The notes: a model not told the origin generated them from the sequence alone. A DNA stretch of 59,429 bases from Patescibacteria group bacterium (GCA_035545675.1 DASZYA010000029.1:1-59429); one strand, 5' to 3'; counted from the stretch's first letter, positions 42,980-53,267 are shown. A program made the numbers and translations.

Positions 42980-43915
42980 ATGCTCAATTTCTTTAAGCAT
43001 TTATTGGTTCCTCATTCTGGAAATAATCACAGGGCAAAAATTCTTCATAATTCAAGTCTTCTTGTATTAATTTTATTTTTATTATCTTTTACTTTTGTAG
43101 CACATCTTGTCAATGTAAATCACCCAGAGGTTTTAGGTGTATCTTATTCAATTTCGGACCAAGAACTACTCACGTTAGTTAATCAGCAAAGACAACAAAA
43201 TGGACTTTCCGCGCTTACCATGAATGATCAGTTGAGCGATGCTGCAAGACGCAAGGCTGCTGATATGTTTGCTAAAAATTATTGGGCGCATTTTGCACCG
43301 GATGGATCAACATCTCCTTGGGGTTTTATTAGGGCTGCAGGTTATGACTATCAATATGCAGGAGAAAATTTAGCAAAAGGATTTACAGATTCAGGGTCCG
43401 TTGTTACTGCGTGGATGAATTCTCCAACACATAGAGACAATATATTGTCTAATAAATACAAAGATATTGGTTTTGCAATCGTTCCCGGAACTCTTCAAGG
43501 AGAAGATACTGTTTTAGTAGTGCAAATGTTTGGTTCAAAACCAAATGAGGTAGCGGTTGTGCCTCAGGTTCCAGCCCGAGTTGCGGATAATTCTCCTCCT
43601 CAAACAACACCTATTCCTACAATATCACCAGAGGTTAAAAAAATAGTACCCGTTGTAGCGCAAGAAAGTAATAGTAATCCACCGGCGGTTAATGGTAGTG
43701 CAGTGGTTAATAATCCAACAATTAACTCAAAAGTAGCATCAAAAGATATAGTAGGGGTTATATTGATATTTATTCTTGCAGGATTGATGCTTGATGCGTT
43801 GATCGTAGAAAGAAAGAAGATACCAAGAGTAGTGGGTCACAATTTAGATCACATTATGATTATTTTGCTCTTTATATTATTTATAGTAATACTTAAAGGA
43901 GGAGTTACTCTATGA
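42980..43915 (+). CDS. CAP (SCP/PR1, YkwD-like) domain protein with N- and C-terminal TM segments
   Basis: NYWAHFAPDGS, AGENLAKGF and WMNSPTHRDNIL. Confidence 0.8.
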   Translation: MLNFFKHLLVPHSGNNHRAKILHNSSLLVLILFLLSFTFVAHLVNVNHPEVLGVSYSISDQELLTLVNQQRQQNGLSALTMNDQLSDAARRKAADMFAKNYWAHFAPDGSTSPWGFIRAAGYDYQYAGENLAKGFTDSGSVVTAWMNSPTHRDNILSNKYKDIGFAIVPGTLQGEDTVLVVQMFGSKPNEVAVVPQVPARVADNSPPQTTPIPTISPEVKKIVPVVAQESNSNPPAVNGSAVVNNPTINSKVASKDIVGVILIFILAGLMLDALIVERKKIPRVVGHNLDHIMIILLFILFIVILKGGVTL

Positions 43916-44178
43916 GAATAAGAAAGGTTCCACATTCACTTTATTATGTGATTGAGTTGATTGTATTGCTCTCAGGATTTTTCTCAGTTTACATGCTTTC
44001 TTTTAATTTTCAGCTTCAGGAAATTACACTTGCAATAGTTCTTGTTTTTTACGCCCTAATAGGCATTTTCCATCATAAGCTTCACCATGACTTGAGACGT
44101 AAGATTGTGATAGAATATATCCTAATAAGCGTACTTATATTTGTCTGCTTCCTATTTATAAGTACGGGCAAAATATGA
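43912..44178 (+). CDS. Small hypothetical membrane protein
   Basis: 88 aa, three hydrophobic helices, 4-nt overlaps on both sides. Confidence 0.5.
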   Translation: MRIRKVPHSLYYVIELIVLLSGFFSVYMLSFNFQLQEITLAIVLVFYALIGIFHHKLHHDLRRKIVIEYILISVLIFVCFLFISTGKI

Positions 44179-44897
44179 AAGGTATAATCTTGGCAGGTGG
44201 TAAGGCAACTAGGCTTAGGCCACTAACAAAAATTACATCAAAACAGCTTCTCCCGGTTTATAACAAACCGATGATTTATTACCCAATAGAAACTTTAAAA
44301 AAAGCAGGAATCACAGACGTTTTGATAATAGTAGCTCCCGATTATGCTGGTCATTTTCTAAACCTTCTTGGATCTGGGAATGAGATGGGTATGAACTTTA
44401 CATATGAAGTACAACCAGAAGCAAGAGGATTAGCTGACGCATTTATAGTTGGTGAAAATTTTATTGGAGACGAAAGTGTCGCGATGATTTTGGGAGATAA
44501 TATATTTGAGCACGATTTTACTAATAGCGTTAAAAGTTTTAAATCAGGAGCGAGAATATTTGCTAAAAAAGTACACGATCCAGAGAGATCGGGAGTTGTT
44601 GAATTTGATGAGAATATGAAGGTTTTATCAATTGTTGAAAAACCAGAACACCCTAAAAGTGATTATGCAATTGTTGGATTTTATCTTTATGACAATCGTG
44701 TTATTGATTATGCGAAAAACCTCAAGCCATCTGCTCGAGGAGAAATTGAGATTGTTGACTTACATAACAAATATTTAGAACAAGGAGAGCTCGATGTCAA
44801 TGTAATAGAAGGAATGTGGGAAGATGCTGGAACCTTTGATAGTTTACTCCGAGTTAATAATCTAATAGCTGAGAAGGTAAAAGCCGGAGAACTCTAA
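44175..44897 (+). CDS. rfbA: Glucose-1-phosphate thymidylyltransferase (short form) or related sugar-1-P nucleotidyltransferase
   Basis: MKGIILAGGKATRLRPLT and KQLLPVYNKPMIYYP. Confidence 0.8.
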   Translation: MKGIILAGGKATRLRPLTKITSKQLLPVYNKPMIYYPIETLKKAGITDVLIIVAPDYAGHFLNLLGSGNEMGMNFTYEVQPEARGLADAFIVGENFIGDESVAMILGDNIFEHDFTNSVKSFKSGARIFAKKVHDPERSGVVEFDENMKVLSIVEKPEHPKSDYAIVGFYLYDNRVIDYAKNLKPSARGEIEIVDLHNKYLEQGELDVNVIEGMWEDAGTFDSLLRVNNLIAEKVKAGEL

Positions 44898-44901
44898 TCT
44901 T

Positions 44902-45912
44902 ATGAAAATTCTTGTAACCGGAGGAGCTGGTTTTATTGGTTCAAACTTCATTTTATATTGGATTAAAAATCATCCAGAAGACCAAATAGTAAATTTTGAT
45001 AAATTAACTTACGCTGGAAATCTTGAAAATCTAAAAGAAATTGAAACTAGTCCAAATTACAAATTTATAAAAGGAGATATTGTTAATCCAAAAGATGTTG
45101 AGGGTGCAATGGATGGAATAGATACGGTAGTTCATTTTGCAGCAGAATCTCATGTCGACCGCTCTATTCAGGACCCTTCGCCTTTTGTAATGACCAACGT
45201 TGCTGGAACTCAAGTATTGCTTGATTCGGCTTTGAAAAACAAAGTTAAAAGATTTCACCACATATCAACGGATGAAATCTTTGGGGCATTAGATCTCAAA
45301 TCAACGGATAAATTTAGTGAACGAACAAATTATGACCCCAGAAGTCCTTATTCGGCGAGTAAAGCAGGTTCAGACCATCTTGTAAGAGCTTATTATCACA
45401 CCTTTAATTTACCTATTACAATAACAAATTGCTCTAATAATTTTGGTCCTTATCAGTTTCCAGAAAAAATAATACCGCTTGCTATAACAAATCTTATGGA
45501 AGGGAAAAAAGTTCCAATTTATGGAGATGGATTGTATGTGCGTGATTGGCTCTATGTAGATGATCATGTTAGGGCTATCGAATTAGTTCTTGAAAAAGGG
45601 AAGGTTGGAGACACTTATGTAGTAGGTGGTTTAACGGAAGATATTCCAAATATAGAAGTTGCTAACAAGATAATAAAACTTCTGGGTGGAAGTGAGGATT
45701 CTATTGAATTTGTTCAAGATAGACCCGGGCATGACAGGCGTTATGCAGTTGATTGGTCAAAAATCCGCGATGAGTTGGGGTACAAACCTCTTTATGACTT
45801 TGATACTTATCTTGAAAAAACTGTTGAATGGTATAGGGCCAATGAAGCATGGTGGAAAAACGTTAAAGACGGTGAATATCAAAAGTACTACGAAAAACAA
45901 TACGAAAAATAA
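44902..45912 (+). CDS. rfbB: dTDP-glucose 4,6-dehydratase
   Basis: TGGAGFIGSNF, ISTDEIFG and YSASKAGSDHL. Confidence 0.9.
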   Translation: MKILVTGGAGFIGSNFILYWIKNHPEDQIVNFDKLTYAGNLENLKEIETSPNYKFIKGDIVNPKDVEGAMDGIDTVVHFAAESHVDRSIQDPSPFVMTNVAGTQVLLDSALKNKVKRFHHISTDEIFGALDLKSTDKFSERTNYDPRSPYSASKAGSDHLVRAYYHTFNLPITITNCSNNFGPYQFPEKIIPLAITNLMEGKKVPIYGDGLYVRDWLYVDDHVRAIELVLEKGKVGDTYVVGGLTEDIPNIEVANKIIKLLGGSEDSIEFVQDRPGHDRRYAVDWSKIRDELGYKPLYDFDTYLEKTVEWYRANEAWWKNVKDGEYQKYYEKQYEK

Positions 45913-46841
45913 TGAAAGTAGCAATAACGGGGGCATCAGGCCTAGTCGGTTCAAGATTCTTTGATTTATATAAAAGCAAATATGATTTAATTCCAATTTC
46001 ATCTTCTTTTGGAGTAGATATTACAGATAGAAAAAAACTTCACAAATTTTTATCTCAAAAAAATCCAGGTTTAATAATTCATTTAGCAGCAAAAACAAAT
46101 GTAGATAAGTGTGAAGAGGATAAGGTTGACGATCTTAAAAAAAGCAAAGTAAAAAGTATTTCAGATCTTGAGAATTTGGATACAGAAAAGTGGAAAGGTT
46201 CTACAAGCGCTTTTGGAGTAAATGTGGTTGGTACCAAAAATCTTTCTGATTACGCCAAGAGGAACAATATAAAAATTATCTACGTTTCAACGGATTTTGT
46301 TTTTGATGGAGAAAAGAACGGAGAATACACAGAAGCAGATGAGGTTTCACCAATTAATTGGTACGGACAAACAAAACTGTATGGAGAAAAAGTTTTGGGT
46401 GAAGAAAGTTTAATTGCGAGAATTTCATATCCATACGGTTTTAAAAGTAATATTAAAAAGGATATTGTTTGGACAATGGTAAGTTTGTTGGAAGAAAAAG
46501 ATAGAGTAGAACTTGTTACTGATCAGATTATTACTCCAACATTTATTGATGATATAGTGCGTGCGCTTCACTTTTTGATAGAAAATAACATAACGGGATT
46601 GGTAAATGTTGTAGGCAATAACTTTTTATCACCCTATGAAATTGGTATTGCTATTGCTTCTCAATTTGGACTAGAAGAAGGGAAAATTGAGGTCACAACT
46701 AGAGCGAAATTGTATAAGGGGAGAGCCAAGAGGCCCTTTAAAGTTTGCCTCAAAAATGATAAACTGAGAGCCCTAGGTTTTGAGATGACTGGTTTTTTTG
46801 AGAGCCTAACTCAAATCAATCAGAAACAGTCTTTATTATGA
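45912..46841 (+). CDS. rfbD: dTDP-4-dehydrorhamnose reductase-like SDR
   Basis: ITGASGLVGS, STDFVFDG and YGQTKLYGE, with an insertion after the Rossmann beta-3. Confidence 0.7.
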   Translation: MKVAITGASGLVGSRFFDLYKSKYDLIPISSSFGVDITDRKKLHKFLSQKNPGLIIHLAAKTNVDKCEEDKVDDLKKSKVKSISDLENLDTEKWKGSTSAFGVNVVGTKNLSDYAKRNNIKIIYVSTDFVFDGEKNGEYTEADEVSPINWYGQTKLYGEKVLGEESLIARISYPYGFKSNIKKDIVWTMVSLLEEKDRVELVTDQIITPTFIDDIVRALHFLIENNITGLVNVVGNNFLSPYEIGIAIASQFGLEEGKIEVTTRAKLYKGRAKRPFKVCLKNDKLRALGFEMTGFFESLTQINQKQSLL

Positions 46842-48136
46842 AATTAACCTTTATAGGACATGGATATGTTGGATTAGTATCGGCGGCGATCTTTGCAGAT
46901 CTCGGAAATACAGTTACCGTTATTGGTCATACCCCTCAAACAGTAGAAAACCTCAATCGTGGAATAGTTCATATTTATGAACCTGGACTAGATGAAATAG
47001 TAAAGAGAAATGTAGAAGCCAAAAGACTTATTTTTACTCTAGATTATGATTCAGTAAAATCTTCTGATCTTATTTTTACAGCAGTTGGTACACCTCCAAA
47101 AGAGAGCGGAGAAGCAGATCTTTCTGTAGTTTTGGAAGTTGCAGAAAAGATTGGTAAAAACTTATCTGGATACACAGTGATTGTTACTAAGAGTACAGTT
47201 CCGATAGGAACAAACAAAAAGATACGTGCAATTGTAGAAAAAGTAAAAGATGAAAAAGCGGAGTTTGATATGGCATCTTGTCCTGAGTTTCTACGCCAGG
47301 GAACAGCTATTTCTGACACGCTAAATCCAGACAGGATTGTAATTGGAGCAGAATCAAAAAGAGCACAGGAATTGTTGATAGAGCTTCACCGCCCGCTCCA
47401 GGAGAATACAAATGCCCCATATGTTTTAACAAATCTTGAGACAGCAGAGATGATAAAGTATGCAGCAAATGCATTTTTAGCAACCAAGATCTCTTTTGCA
47501 AATTCCATAGCAGAGTTATCAGAAAGTTGTGGCGCAGACGCGTTAGCAGCGCTTGCAGGTATTGGTTTTGACCATAGGATTGGTAAGGACTTTTTATCTC
47601 CGGGAGCAGGGTATGGTGGAAGTTGTTTTCCAAAAGATGTAAAAGCATTGATCTCTATTGCTAAAGATTATGATTATGATTTTAAACTTCTAAAAGAAGT
47701 GGAGAATGTAAACCATGAGGCAAAGATGGCTATAGTCAAAAAGGCGGAGGAGATGCTTGGAGATGTATCAGGAAAGCAAATTGGAATTTTGGGTCTTGCC
47801 TTTAAACCTAACACGGATGATATGAGGTTTGCCCCATCTATTGAAATAATTGATGCGCTTGTTAAAAAAGGAGCTGTTATAAAAGCATATGACCCAGAAT
47901 CAATGAAAAAAGCAAAAACTATAATTACTGGAATTGATTTTAAAGATAATGCTCACGATGTTATTAAAGATATAGATTTACTCATTGTATTAACCGAATG
48001 GAATGAATTCAAAGAAATGGATCTAGAAAATTTGAAAAAAGAAATGAAAGCACCAAGAGTTTTGGACGGACGTAATATTTGGGAGCCTCAAGAAATGAAA
48101 GATCTAGGATTTAACTATGTTGGTGTAGGGCGATAA
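46838..48136 (+). CDS. ugd: UDP-glucose 6-dehydrogenase
   Basis: IGHGYVGLV and the catalytic GGSCFPKD. Confidence 0.92.
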   Translation: MKLTFIGHGYVGLVSAAIFADLGNTVTVIGHTPQTVENLNRGIVHIYEPGLDEIVKRNVEAKRLIFTLDYDSVKSSDLIFTAVGTPPKESGEADLSVVLEVAEKIGKNLSGYTVIVTKSTVPIGTNKKIRAIVEKVKDEKAEFDMASCPEFLRQGTAISDTLNPDRIVIGAESKRAQELLIELHRPLQENTNAPYVLTNLETAEMIKYAANAFLATKISFANSIAELSESCGADALAALAGIGFDHRIGKDFLSPGAGYGGSCFPKDVKALISIAKDYDYDFKLLKEVENVNHEAKMAIVKKAEEMLGDVSGKQIGILGLAFKPNTDDMRFAPSIEIIDALVKKGAVIKAYDPESMKKAKTIITGIDFKDNAHDVIKDIDLLIVLTEWNEFKEMDLENLKKEMKAPRVLDGRNIWEPQEMKDLGFNYVGVGR

Positions 48137-48137
48137 G

Positions 48138-48217
48138 TTAAAGAGTTAAAGTGTTAACGAGTTGAAGAGTTAAAAACTCATAACCAAAAAACCCGTTAAC
48201 TCGTTAATAATATTATT
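48138..48217 (+). repeat. Octamer array spacer, exactly ten 8-nt units between the ugd stop and the next ATG
   Basis: TTAAAGAG TTAAAGTG TTAACGAG TTGAAGAG TTAAAAAC ... CGTTAACT CGTTAATA ATATTATT. TTAACGAGTT (48154-48163) is the exact complement of AACTCGTTAA (48198-48207). Confidence 0.7.
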
Positions 48218-49165
48218 ATGAAGGCTTTAATAACAGGTGTCACAGGTTTTGCGGGAAGTTTTCTAGCAGAAAACCTAATTTCTGCCGGATATGAAGTGTC
48301 TGGAACATATCTAAACGATAATAGTGTTAATAACGTCTCTGCAATTTCTGATAAATTAACTCTTCACAAAGTAGATCTCCAAAACGCTTTAGAGGTAAAT
48401 GAACTAATTAAGAATTTAAAGCCAGATTATGTATTTCATTTAGCAGCTCTTACTTCTCCTGCAGAGAGCTTTAAAAATCCAAGCGAATTTATAAATAACA
48501 ATATTGATGTAGAGATAAATCTATTAGAAGCCGTAAGGATGAATGATTTAAAACCAAGAATTCTTATTGTTTCTTCCGGAGAAACATACGGGAATGTGAA
48601 AGCAGAAGATCTCCCAATAGATGAGGCAACTCCCATGATGCCAGTTAATCCCTATGCAGTCTCTAAAATTGCTCAAGATAGACTTGGCTATCAATATTTT
48701 GTTGCTTATAAAATCCCAATAATTATTATCAGACCATTCAATCATATTGGTCCAAAACAATCTCCTGATTTTGTTGTTTCATCTTTTGCAAAGAAGATTG
48801 CAGAAATTGAAAGTGGAAAGATGGAGCCTGTTCTTAAAGTTGGAAACTTAAGTGCTAAAAGAGATTTTACAGATGTAAAAGATATGGTTGATGCTTACCG
48901 CTTAATTCTTGAAAAAGGAGAACCGGGGGAAGCATACAATGCTGGATCCGGAAAATCTACGGAAATAAAAGAAGTTCTTGATACGTTACTTTCATTTTCC
49001 GAAAAACAGATAACTGTTGAGGTAGATGATTCACTTCTTCGCCCAATAGATGTAGAAGATTTAGTTTGTGATAACTCAAAAATAAAGGACGCAACAGGCT
49101 GGGAGCCAAAAATTCCTCTCGAACAAACATTAAGAGAAGTCCTCGATTACTGGAGAGGACAGTAA
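48218..49165 (+). CDS. NAD-dependent epimerase/dehydratase; probable GDP-4-keto-6-deoxy-D-mannose reductase (Rmd-like)
   Basis: ITGVTGFAGSFL, SSGETYG and YAVSKIAQD. A gmd gene is nearby. Confidence 0.65.
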   Translation: MKALITGVTGFAGSFLAENLISAGYEVSGTYLNDNSVNNVSAISDKLTLHKVDLQNALEVNELIKNLKPDYVFHLAALTSPAESFKNPSEFINNNIDVEINLLEAVRMNDLKPRILIVSSGETYGNVKAEDLPIDEATPMMPVNPYAVSKIAQDRLGYQYFVAYKIPIIIIRPFNHIGPKQSPDFVVSSFAKKIAEIESGKMEPVLKVGNLSAKRDFTDVKDMVDAYRLILEKGEPGEAYNAGSGKSTEIKEVLDTLLSFSEKQITVEVDDSLLRPIDVEDLVCDNSKIKDATGWEPKIPLEQTLREVLDYWRGQ

Positions 49166-49166
49166 T

Positions 49167-50066
49167 ATGGCTATTATTAAAAATAAGGAAGAGAGAAAAG
49201 GTGTACTTTTCTTATTGGCTAGTGCTTTTATTTATAGTACAATGCCTGTTTTTATCAGAACTTTAGGTGGTGCTGGTTTACCTCCAACCGCACAGGTTTT
49301 CTTACGCTACATATTCGCATTTCTAGCTGCTATTGTATATTTTGGCTTAACAAATAAAGCAAAGGTAAAGGTAAAAAGTAAAGATGTGTTACCTTTATTG
49401 GGACTTACAGTTTTTGGATATGGGCTCATGAATCTGTTTTTTACACTTGGTATCTTAAATACTCAAATAGGAAACGCACTATTTTTATTCTATAGTTATG
49501 CAATAATCACTCCAATTTTGGGGCTTATTTTTTTGAAGGATAAGATTAATAAATTTAATATTGTCGCAGTAATTTTTAGTGGTATAGCTTTGATTCTTCT
49601 TTTCCAACCCAATTCTCTACCAACGTGGAAAATAGGAGGGCTATTTGCAATATTAGCATCCTTTGGCCAGGCTGGATATCTAATTCTTAGAAAGGTTTTA
49701 AAAGACTATCCGGCCAATTTTATAATGCTTGCAAACACTTTTGTTGGACTTATTATCTTAGGGGTTTTAAGTTTTGTTTTTGAAAATAAATTCTATTTTC
49801 AAGGTGGCATTATGAATATGTCTATAAATACTTGGGTTACAACTATTATTTTAGGTTTGGCTAACTTCTTCGCGTGGTTTGCAATGACAAAGGGTTTTGA
49901 GTATTTTAAAGCAACAGCGGCGAGCATAATACTTCTTTCAGAGCTTATATTTGGAATATTTTTCGCTTTTACTTTTTTCCACGAGATACCAACTTATGCA
50001 ACATTTTTTGGAGGATTCTTGATCCTAATATCTTCAGTAGTAGTTATAACTAGGGGAGAAAATTAA
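49167..50066 (+). CDS. EamA/DMT-family transporter
   Basis: Ten predicted TM helices in two EamA-like halves. Confidence 0.75.
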   Translation: MAIIKNKEERKGVLFLLASAFIYSTMPVFIRTLGGAGLPPTAQVFLRYIFAFLAAIVYFGLTNKAKVKVKSKDVLPLLGLTVFGYGLMNLFFTLGILNTQIGNALFLFYSYAIITPILGLIFLKDKINKFNIVAVIFSGIALILLFQPNSLPTWKIGGLFAILASFGQAGYLILRKVLKDYPANFIMLANTFVGLIILGVLSFVFENKFYFQGGIMNMSINTWVTTIILGLANFFAWFAMTKGFEYFKATAASIILLSELIFGIFFAFTFFHEIPTYATFFGGFLILISSVVVITRGEN

Positions 50067-51175
50067 TTTTGACTTAGTGCATGAATTAACTCGTCTACTG
50101 ATTGCTTGAACTTGTTCGGATCTCGGGCCAATGCTATTCTCAAATATTTTTCCCCTTCATTAAAGTTGTTCCAATAAAATTGAGCACCGGGCGACAAAAA
50201 TAGGCCAAAGGTTTCTAGCTTATCAACTAATTCGGTGGCGGGAATATTTCTATTATGGAGTACCCATTCGACTGTGGACTTTGAATTTTGATTAACAACG
50301 GTGAAATTAAGTTTACCCAAATTATCTCTAAAATACGCCCGATTAATATTGCAAAGTTGATTTATGTAAATGTTCTCTGGATCCTCCAGTCGTATAATAT
50401 TAATTAATAGGTTAAGTATGAAAGGGGAAACATTTAATAAGACATCATCAGAAATATCTTTTATTATTTGATAGTAACTATCAGACGATAACATAAAGCC
50501 AACTTTTAAATCCGCAATGCTCCAAATTTTTCCAGTATCTTCATAAGTTATAAAATCTACTTGTTCTTCGATTAAAATCTTATATTGATCAAATCTTTGA
50601 TAGTCTTCCTCTGTTAGTCGAAAGCAAAAGTCTATTGCTAAGAGCTTATTTTCCTTTTTGCATTTTTTAACTAAATTTCTAAATTGAGTTTCATCTAGAT
50701 AGAATCCGGTAGGATTATTTGGAATTGTTATGAAAAGCGAATCAATTTGGTTCCATGGAATATTTTCAGGATCCGCCAGAGAATTTTCACTTACCGCAAT
50801 TATATTGCTATTTATGTGTCTTTTTAATATATCCGCCAGGTTGTCAAAGGTTGGTGTATTAAGACCAACTCTCATATTTTTAATTCTGAAAACATTTGCC
50901 AGAACTTCAAGTGATATAGAAGTTGAATAGTGAAATATGGTAGGTTTTAATTCTCGATAAGATGGTTGACCAGCTAATCCAAAGTAAGCTTCGCAGAAAG
51001 TTTTTTCAATCTCTTTATGAGGTGTTTTAATTGATTCATTAAATATAAATGGTAAATTTTCTATCACCCCTTTTTGATAATCAGGGAGAGTATACTTTGC
51101 ATGTCCTACTGACATGTCAAATGTTTTGACTAAGGCGTGTTGTTGTATTTCTGTTAGTTTTCTGGAGTTCCCCAT
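50063..51175 (-). CDS. PLP-dependent aminotransferase (class I/II fold)
   Basis: IPNNPTGFYL and the Lys region YEDTGKIWSIADLKVGF. Confidence 0.65.
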   Translation of the reverse strand: MGNSRKLTEIQQHALVKTFDMSVGHAKYTLPDYQKGVIENLPFIFNESIKTPHKEIEKTFCEAYFGLAGQPSYRELKPTIFHYSTSISLEVLANVFRIKNMRVGLNTPTFDNLADILKRHINSNIIAVSENSLADPENIPWNQIDSLFITIPNNPTGFYLDETQFRNLVKKCKKENKLLAIDFCFRLTEEDYQRFDQYKILIEEQVDFITYEDTGKIWSIADLKVGFMLSSDSYYQIIKDISDDVLLNVSPFILNLLINIIRLEDPENIYINQLCNINRAYFRDNLGKLNFTVVNQNSKSTVEWVLHNRNIPATELVDKLETFGLFLSPGAQFYWNNFNEGEKYLRIALARDPNKFKQSVDELIHALSQN

Positions 51176-51197
51176 ATGGGAAAATTATAGCAGAATC

Positions 51198-52202
51198 TTA
51201 TTTGAATCTTTCAAGATCGGCGTCTACCATTATTTGCATTAATTCTTCAAAAGATGTTTTTGGTTCCCACCCAAGATCTGTCTTTGCTTTTGTGTAATCT
51301 CCTTTTAATTCTTTAATCTCTGTTGGTCTTTTGAGTTTGTCATTTGAGATAACATGATCTTCCCAATTAAGCCCTGCGTGCTCAAACGCAATCTTACAAG
51401 CATCTTTTACAGAGTAAGATTTGTTTGTTCCAATTATATAATCTACCGGCTTGTCCTGTTGAAGCATAAGCCACATCGCTTCTACATATTCTTTTGCATA
51501 ACCCCAATCGCGCTGTGCATCAAGATTTCCGAGGTGAAGCTTGCCAGCACTATCTACGAGTGGTTCACCAAGTTCATTGAGTGGTGGATTTTTAACTCCA
51601 TTTTTAATGCATGCTACAGCAGCACTAATCTTTCTTGTTACAAAGTGTAGACTTCTGCGTGGTGATTCATGATTAAATAAAATTCCTCCACAAGCAAACA
51701 TACCATATGATTCGCGATAACATCTAACCATCATGTATGCATAGGCCTTTGCTATTCCATAAGGGTTATTTGCATCCGGTAGCATGGCTTCTGTTGCACT
51801 TTCTGCTGCAACATTTCCATATATTTCGCGACTTGTTGCTTGATAAAACTTTGCATTTGGCGCAAAGTGGCGTACTGCCTCCATGGTTCTAACGGGTCCC
51901 ATAGCGGTTGCTTCGCCGGTATAGAAGGGTTGGGTCCAAGAATCATGAGGAACACTTTGAGCTGCAATGTTATAAACTTCATCTGGCTTACTTGTTATAA
52001 CAGCATGATTTAGGCTTTCTCCATCTGTGAGGTCTGCCGGAATAATTTTTATTTTTCCATAGAGATGTGTGATATTTTCCTGATAGAAGTTCGTAGTATG
52101 GCGGACGGTTCCTGTTACATCATAACCTTTTTCAAGTAGAAGGTCAGCAAGATATGATCCATCCTGGGAGGATACCCCAATAATAAGAGCGCTTTTTGCC
52201 AT
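51198..52202 (-). CDS. gmd: GDP-mannose 4,6-dehydratase
   Basis: GVSSQDGSYLADLLLEKGY and LFNHESPRR. I prefer ATG 52202, with TAGAAT (52210-52215) lying 7 nt upstream. Confidence 0.9.
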   Translation of the reverse strand: MAKSALIIGVSSQDGSYLADLLLEKGYDVTGTVRHTTNFYQENITHLYGKIKIIPADLTDGESLNHAVITSKPDEVYNIAAQSVPHDSWTQPFYTGEATAMGPVRTMEAVRHFAPNAKFYQATSREIYGNVAAESATEAMLPDANNPYGIAKAYAYMMVRCYRESYGMFACGGILFNHESPRRSLHFVTRKISAAVACIKNGVKNPPLNELGEPLVDSAGKLHLGNLDAQRDWGYAKEYVEAMWLMLQQDKPVDYIIGTNKSYSVKDACKIAFEHAGLNWEDHVISNDKLKRPTEIKELKGDYTKAKTDLGWEPKTSFEELMQIMVDADLERFK

Positions 52203-52251
52203 TTGTATAATTCTACATAATGCAATCAGTTTTCTCAATAGGTACCGTTAA

Positions 52252-52283
52252 ATCGGGATAAATTCAGATCCGATCGGGATAAA
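52252..52283. promoter_or_regulatory. Two exact 11-bp direct repeats ATCGGGATAAA spaced 21 bp apart in the gmd/uxs divergent region
   Basis: Copies at 52252-52262 and 52273-52283. Confidence 0.5.
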
Positions 52284-52301
52284 GAATTATAAAGACTAGT
52301 T

Positions 52302-52310
52302 TGATACAAT
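52302..52310 (+). promoter_or_regulatory. Extended -10 TGATACAAT 6 nt upstream of ATG 52317
   Basis: TGATACAAT-aagcat-ATG. No SD is visible. Confidence 0.45.
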
Positions 52311-52316
52311 AAGCAT

Positions 52317-53267
52317 ATGGGGGTTTATGTGGTTGCAGGTGGTGCGGGTTTTATAGGGTGTCACCTAGTAGAGAGGTTACTTGATCGTGGAGATCAGGTG
52401 GTAGCAATAGATAATCTTATTACAGGCGCTGAGGATAATATCTCACATCTTTATGGAAATCCTAACTTTACATTTATTAATCAAGATATTATCAAAGGGT
52501 TACCAAGAATTGATGCAGAAGTTCTGGGAATTTTTCACCTTGCCTCTCCAGCTTCCCCAAATGCAAAAAGTCCTAAGAGCTATATTGCCTTCCCTCTTGA
52601 GACGATGCTTGTTAATTCCCTCGGAACCTTACATCTTCTAGATCTAGCCTTGCACAAAGGAGCTAAATTTTTGTTTGCATCAACATCAGAAGTATACGGA
52701 GATCCGGATGTTTCTCCTCAAAAAGAAACATATTTTGGAAATGTGAATCCTGTTGGCGTAAGATCCGTTTATGATGAAGGAAAAAGATTTGGAGAGGCAC
52801 TTACGGCAAGCTACGTACGTGAATCAAATGTTAACGCAGTGATAATTAGAATTTTTAACACCTATGGAGATAGAATGCAGGTGGATGACGGAAGAGTAGT
52901 TTCAAATTTTATAAACCAAGCATTAATGGGAGATGATATGACAATTTATGGCAAGGGGGATCAGACAAGAAGTTTTTGTTTTGTTGACGATTTGGTAACC
53001 GGTCTAGTGTCTGCAATGGATCGCGATACTCGTGGTGAGGTTATAAACCTTGGTAATCCAAAAGAATTTTCAATCAAAGAGTTGGCAGAGAAGGTGAAGC
53101 ATGAAACCGGTTCAAAATCAAAAATAATTCATGAAGAGTTGCCGGAAGACGATCCTAAGCAGAGAAAGCCAGATATCACAAAAGCAAAAAAACTTTTAGG
53201 CTTCGATCCAAAAATAGATCTTGATGAAGGGTTGAAAAAAACAATAGAATATTTTAAAAGTTTATAG
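52317..53267 (+). CDS. UDP-glucuronate decarboxylase (UDP-xylose synthase-like SDR)
   Basis: GGAGFIGCHL, STSEVYGDP and YDEGKRFGE. Confidence 0.88.
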   Translation: MGVYVVAGGAGFIGCHLVERLLDRGDQVVAIDNLITGAEDNISHLYGNPNFTFINQDIIKGLPRIDAEVLGIFHLASPASPNAKSPKSYIAFPLETMLVNSLGTLHLLDLALHKGAKFLFASTSEVYGDPDVSPQKETYFGNVNPVGVRSVYDEGKRFGEALTASYVRESNVNAVIIRIFNTYGDRMQVDDGRVVSNFINQALMGDDMTIYGKGDQTRSFCFVDDLVTGLVSAMDRDTRGEVINLGNPKEFSIKELAEKVKHETGSKSKIIHEELPEDDPKQRKPDITKAKKLLGFDPKIDLDEGLKKTIEYFKSL

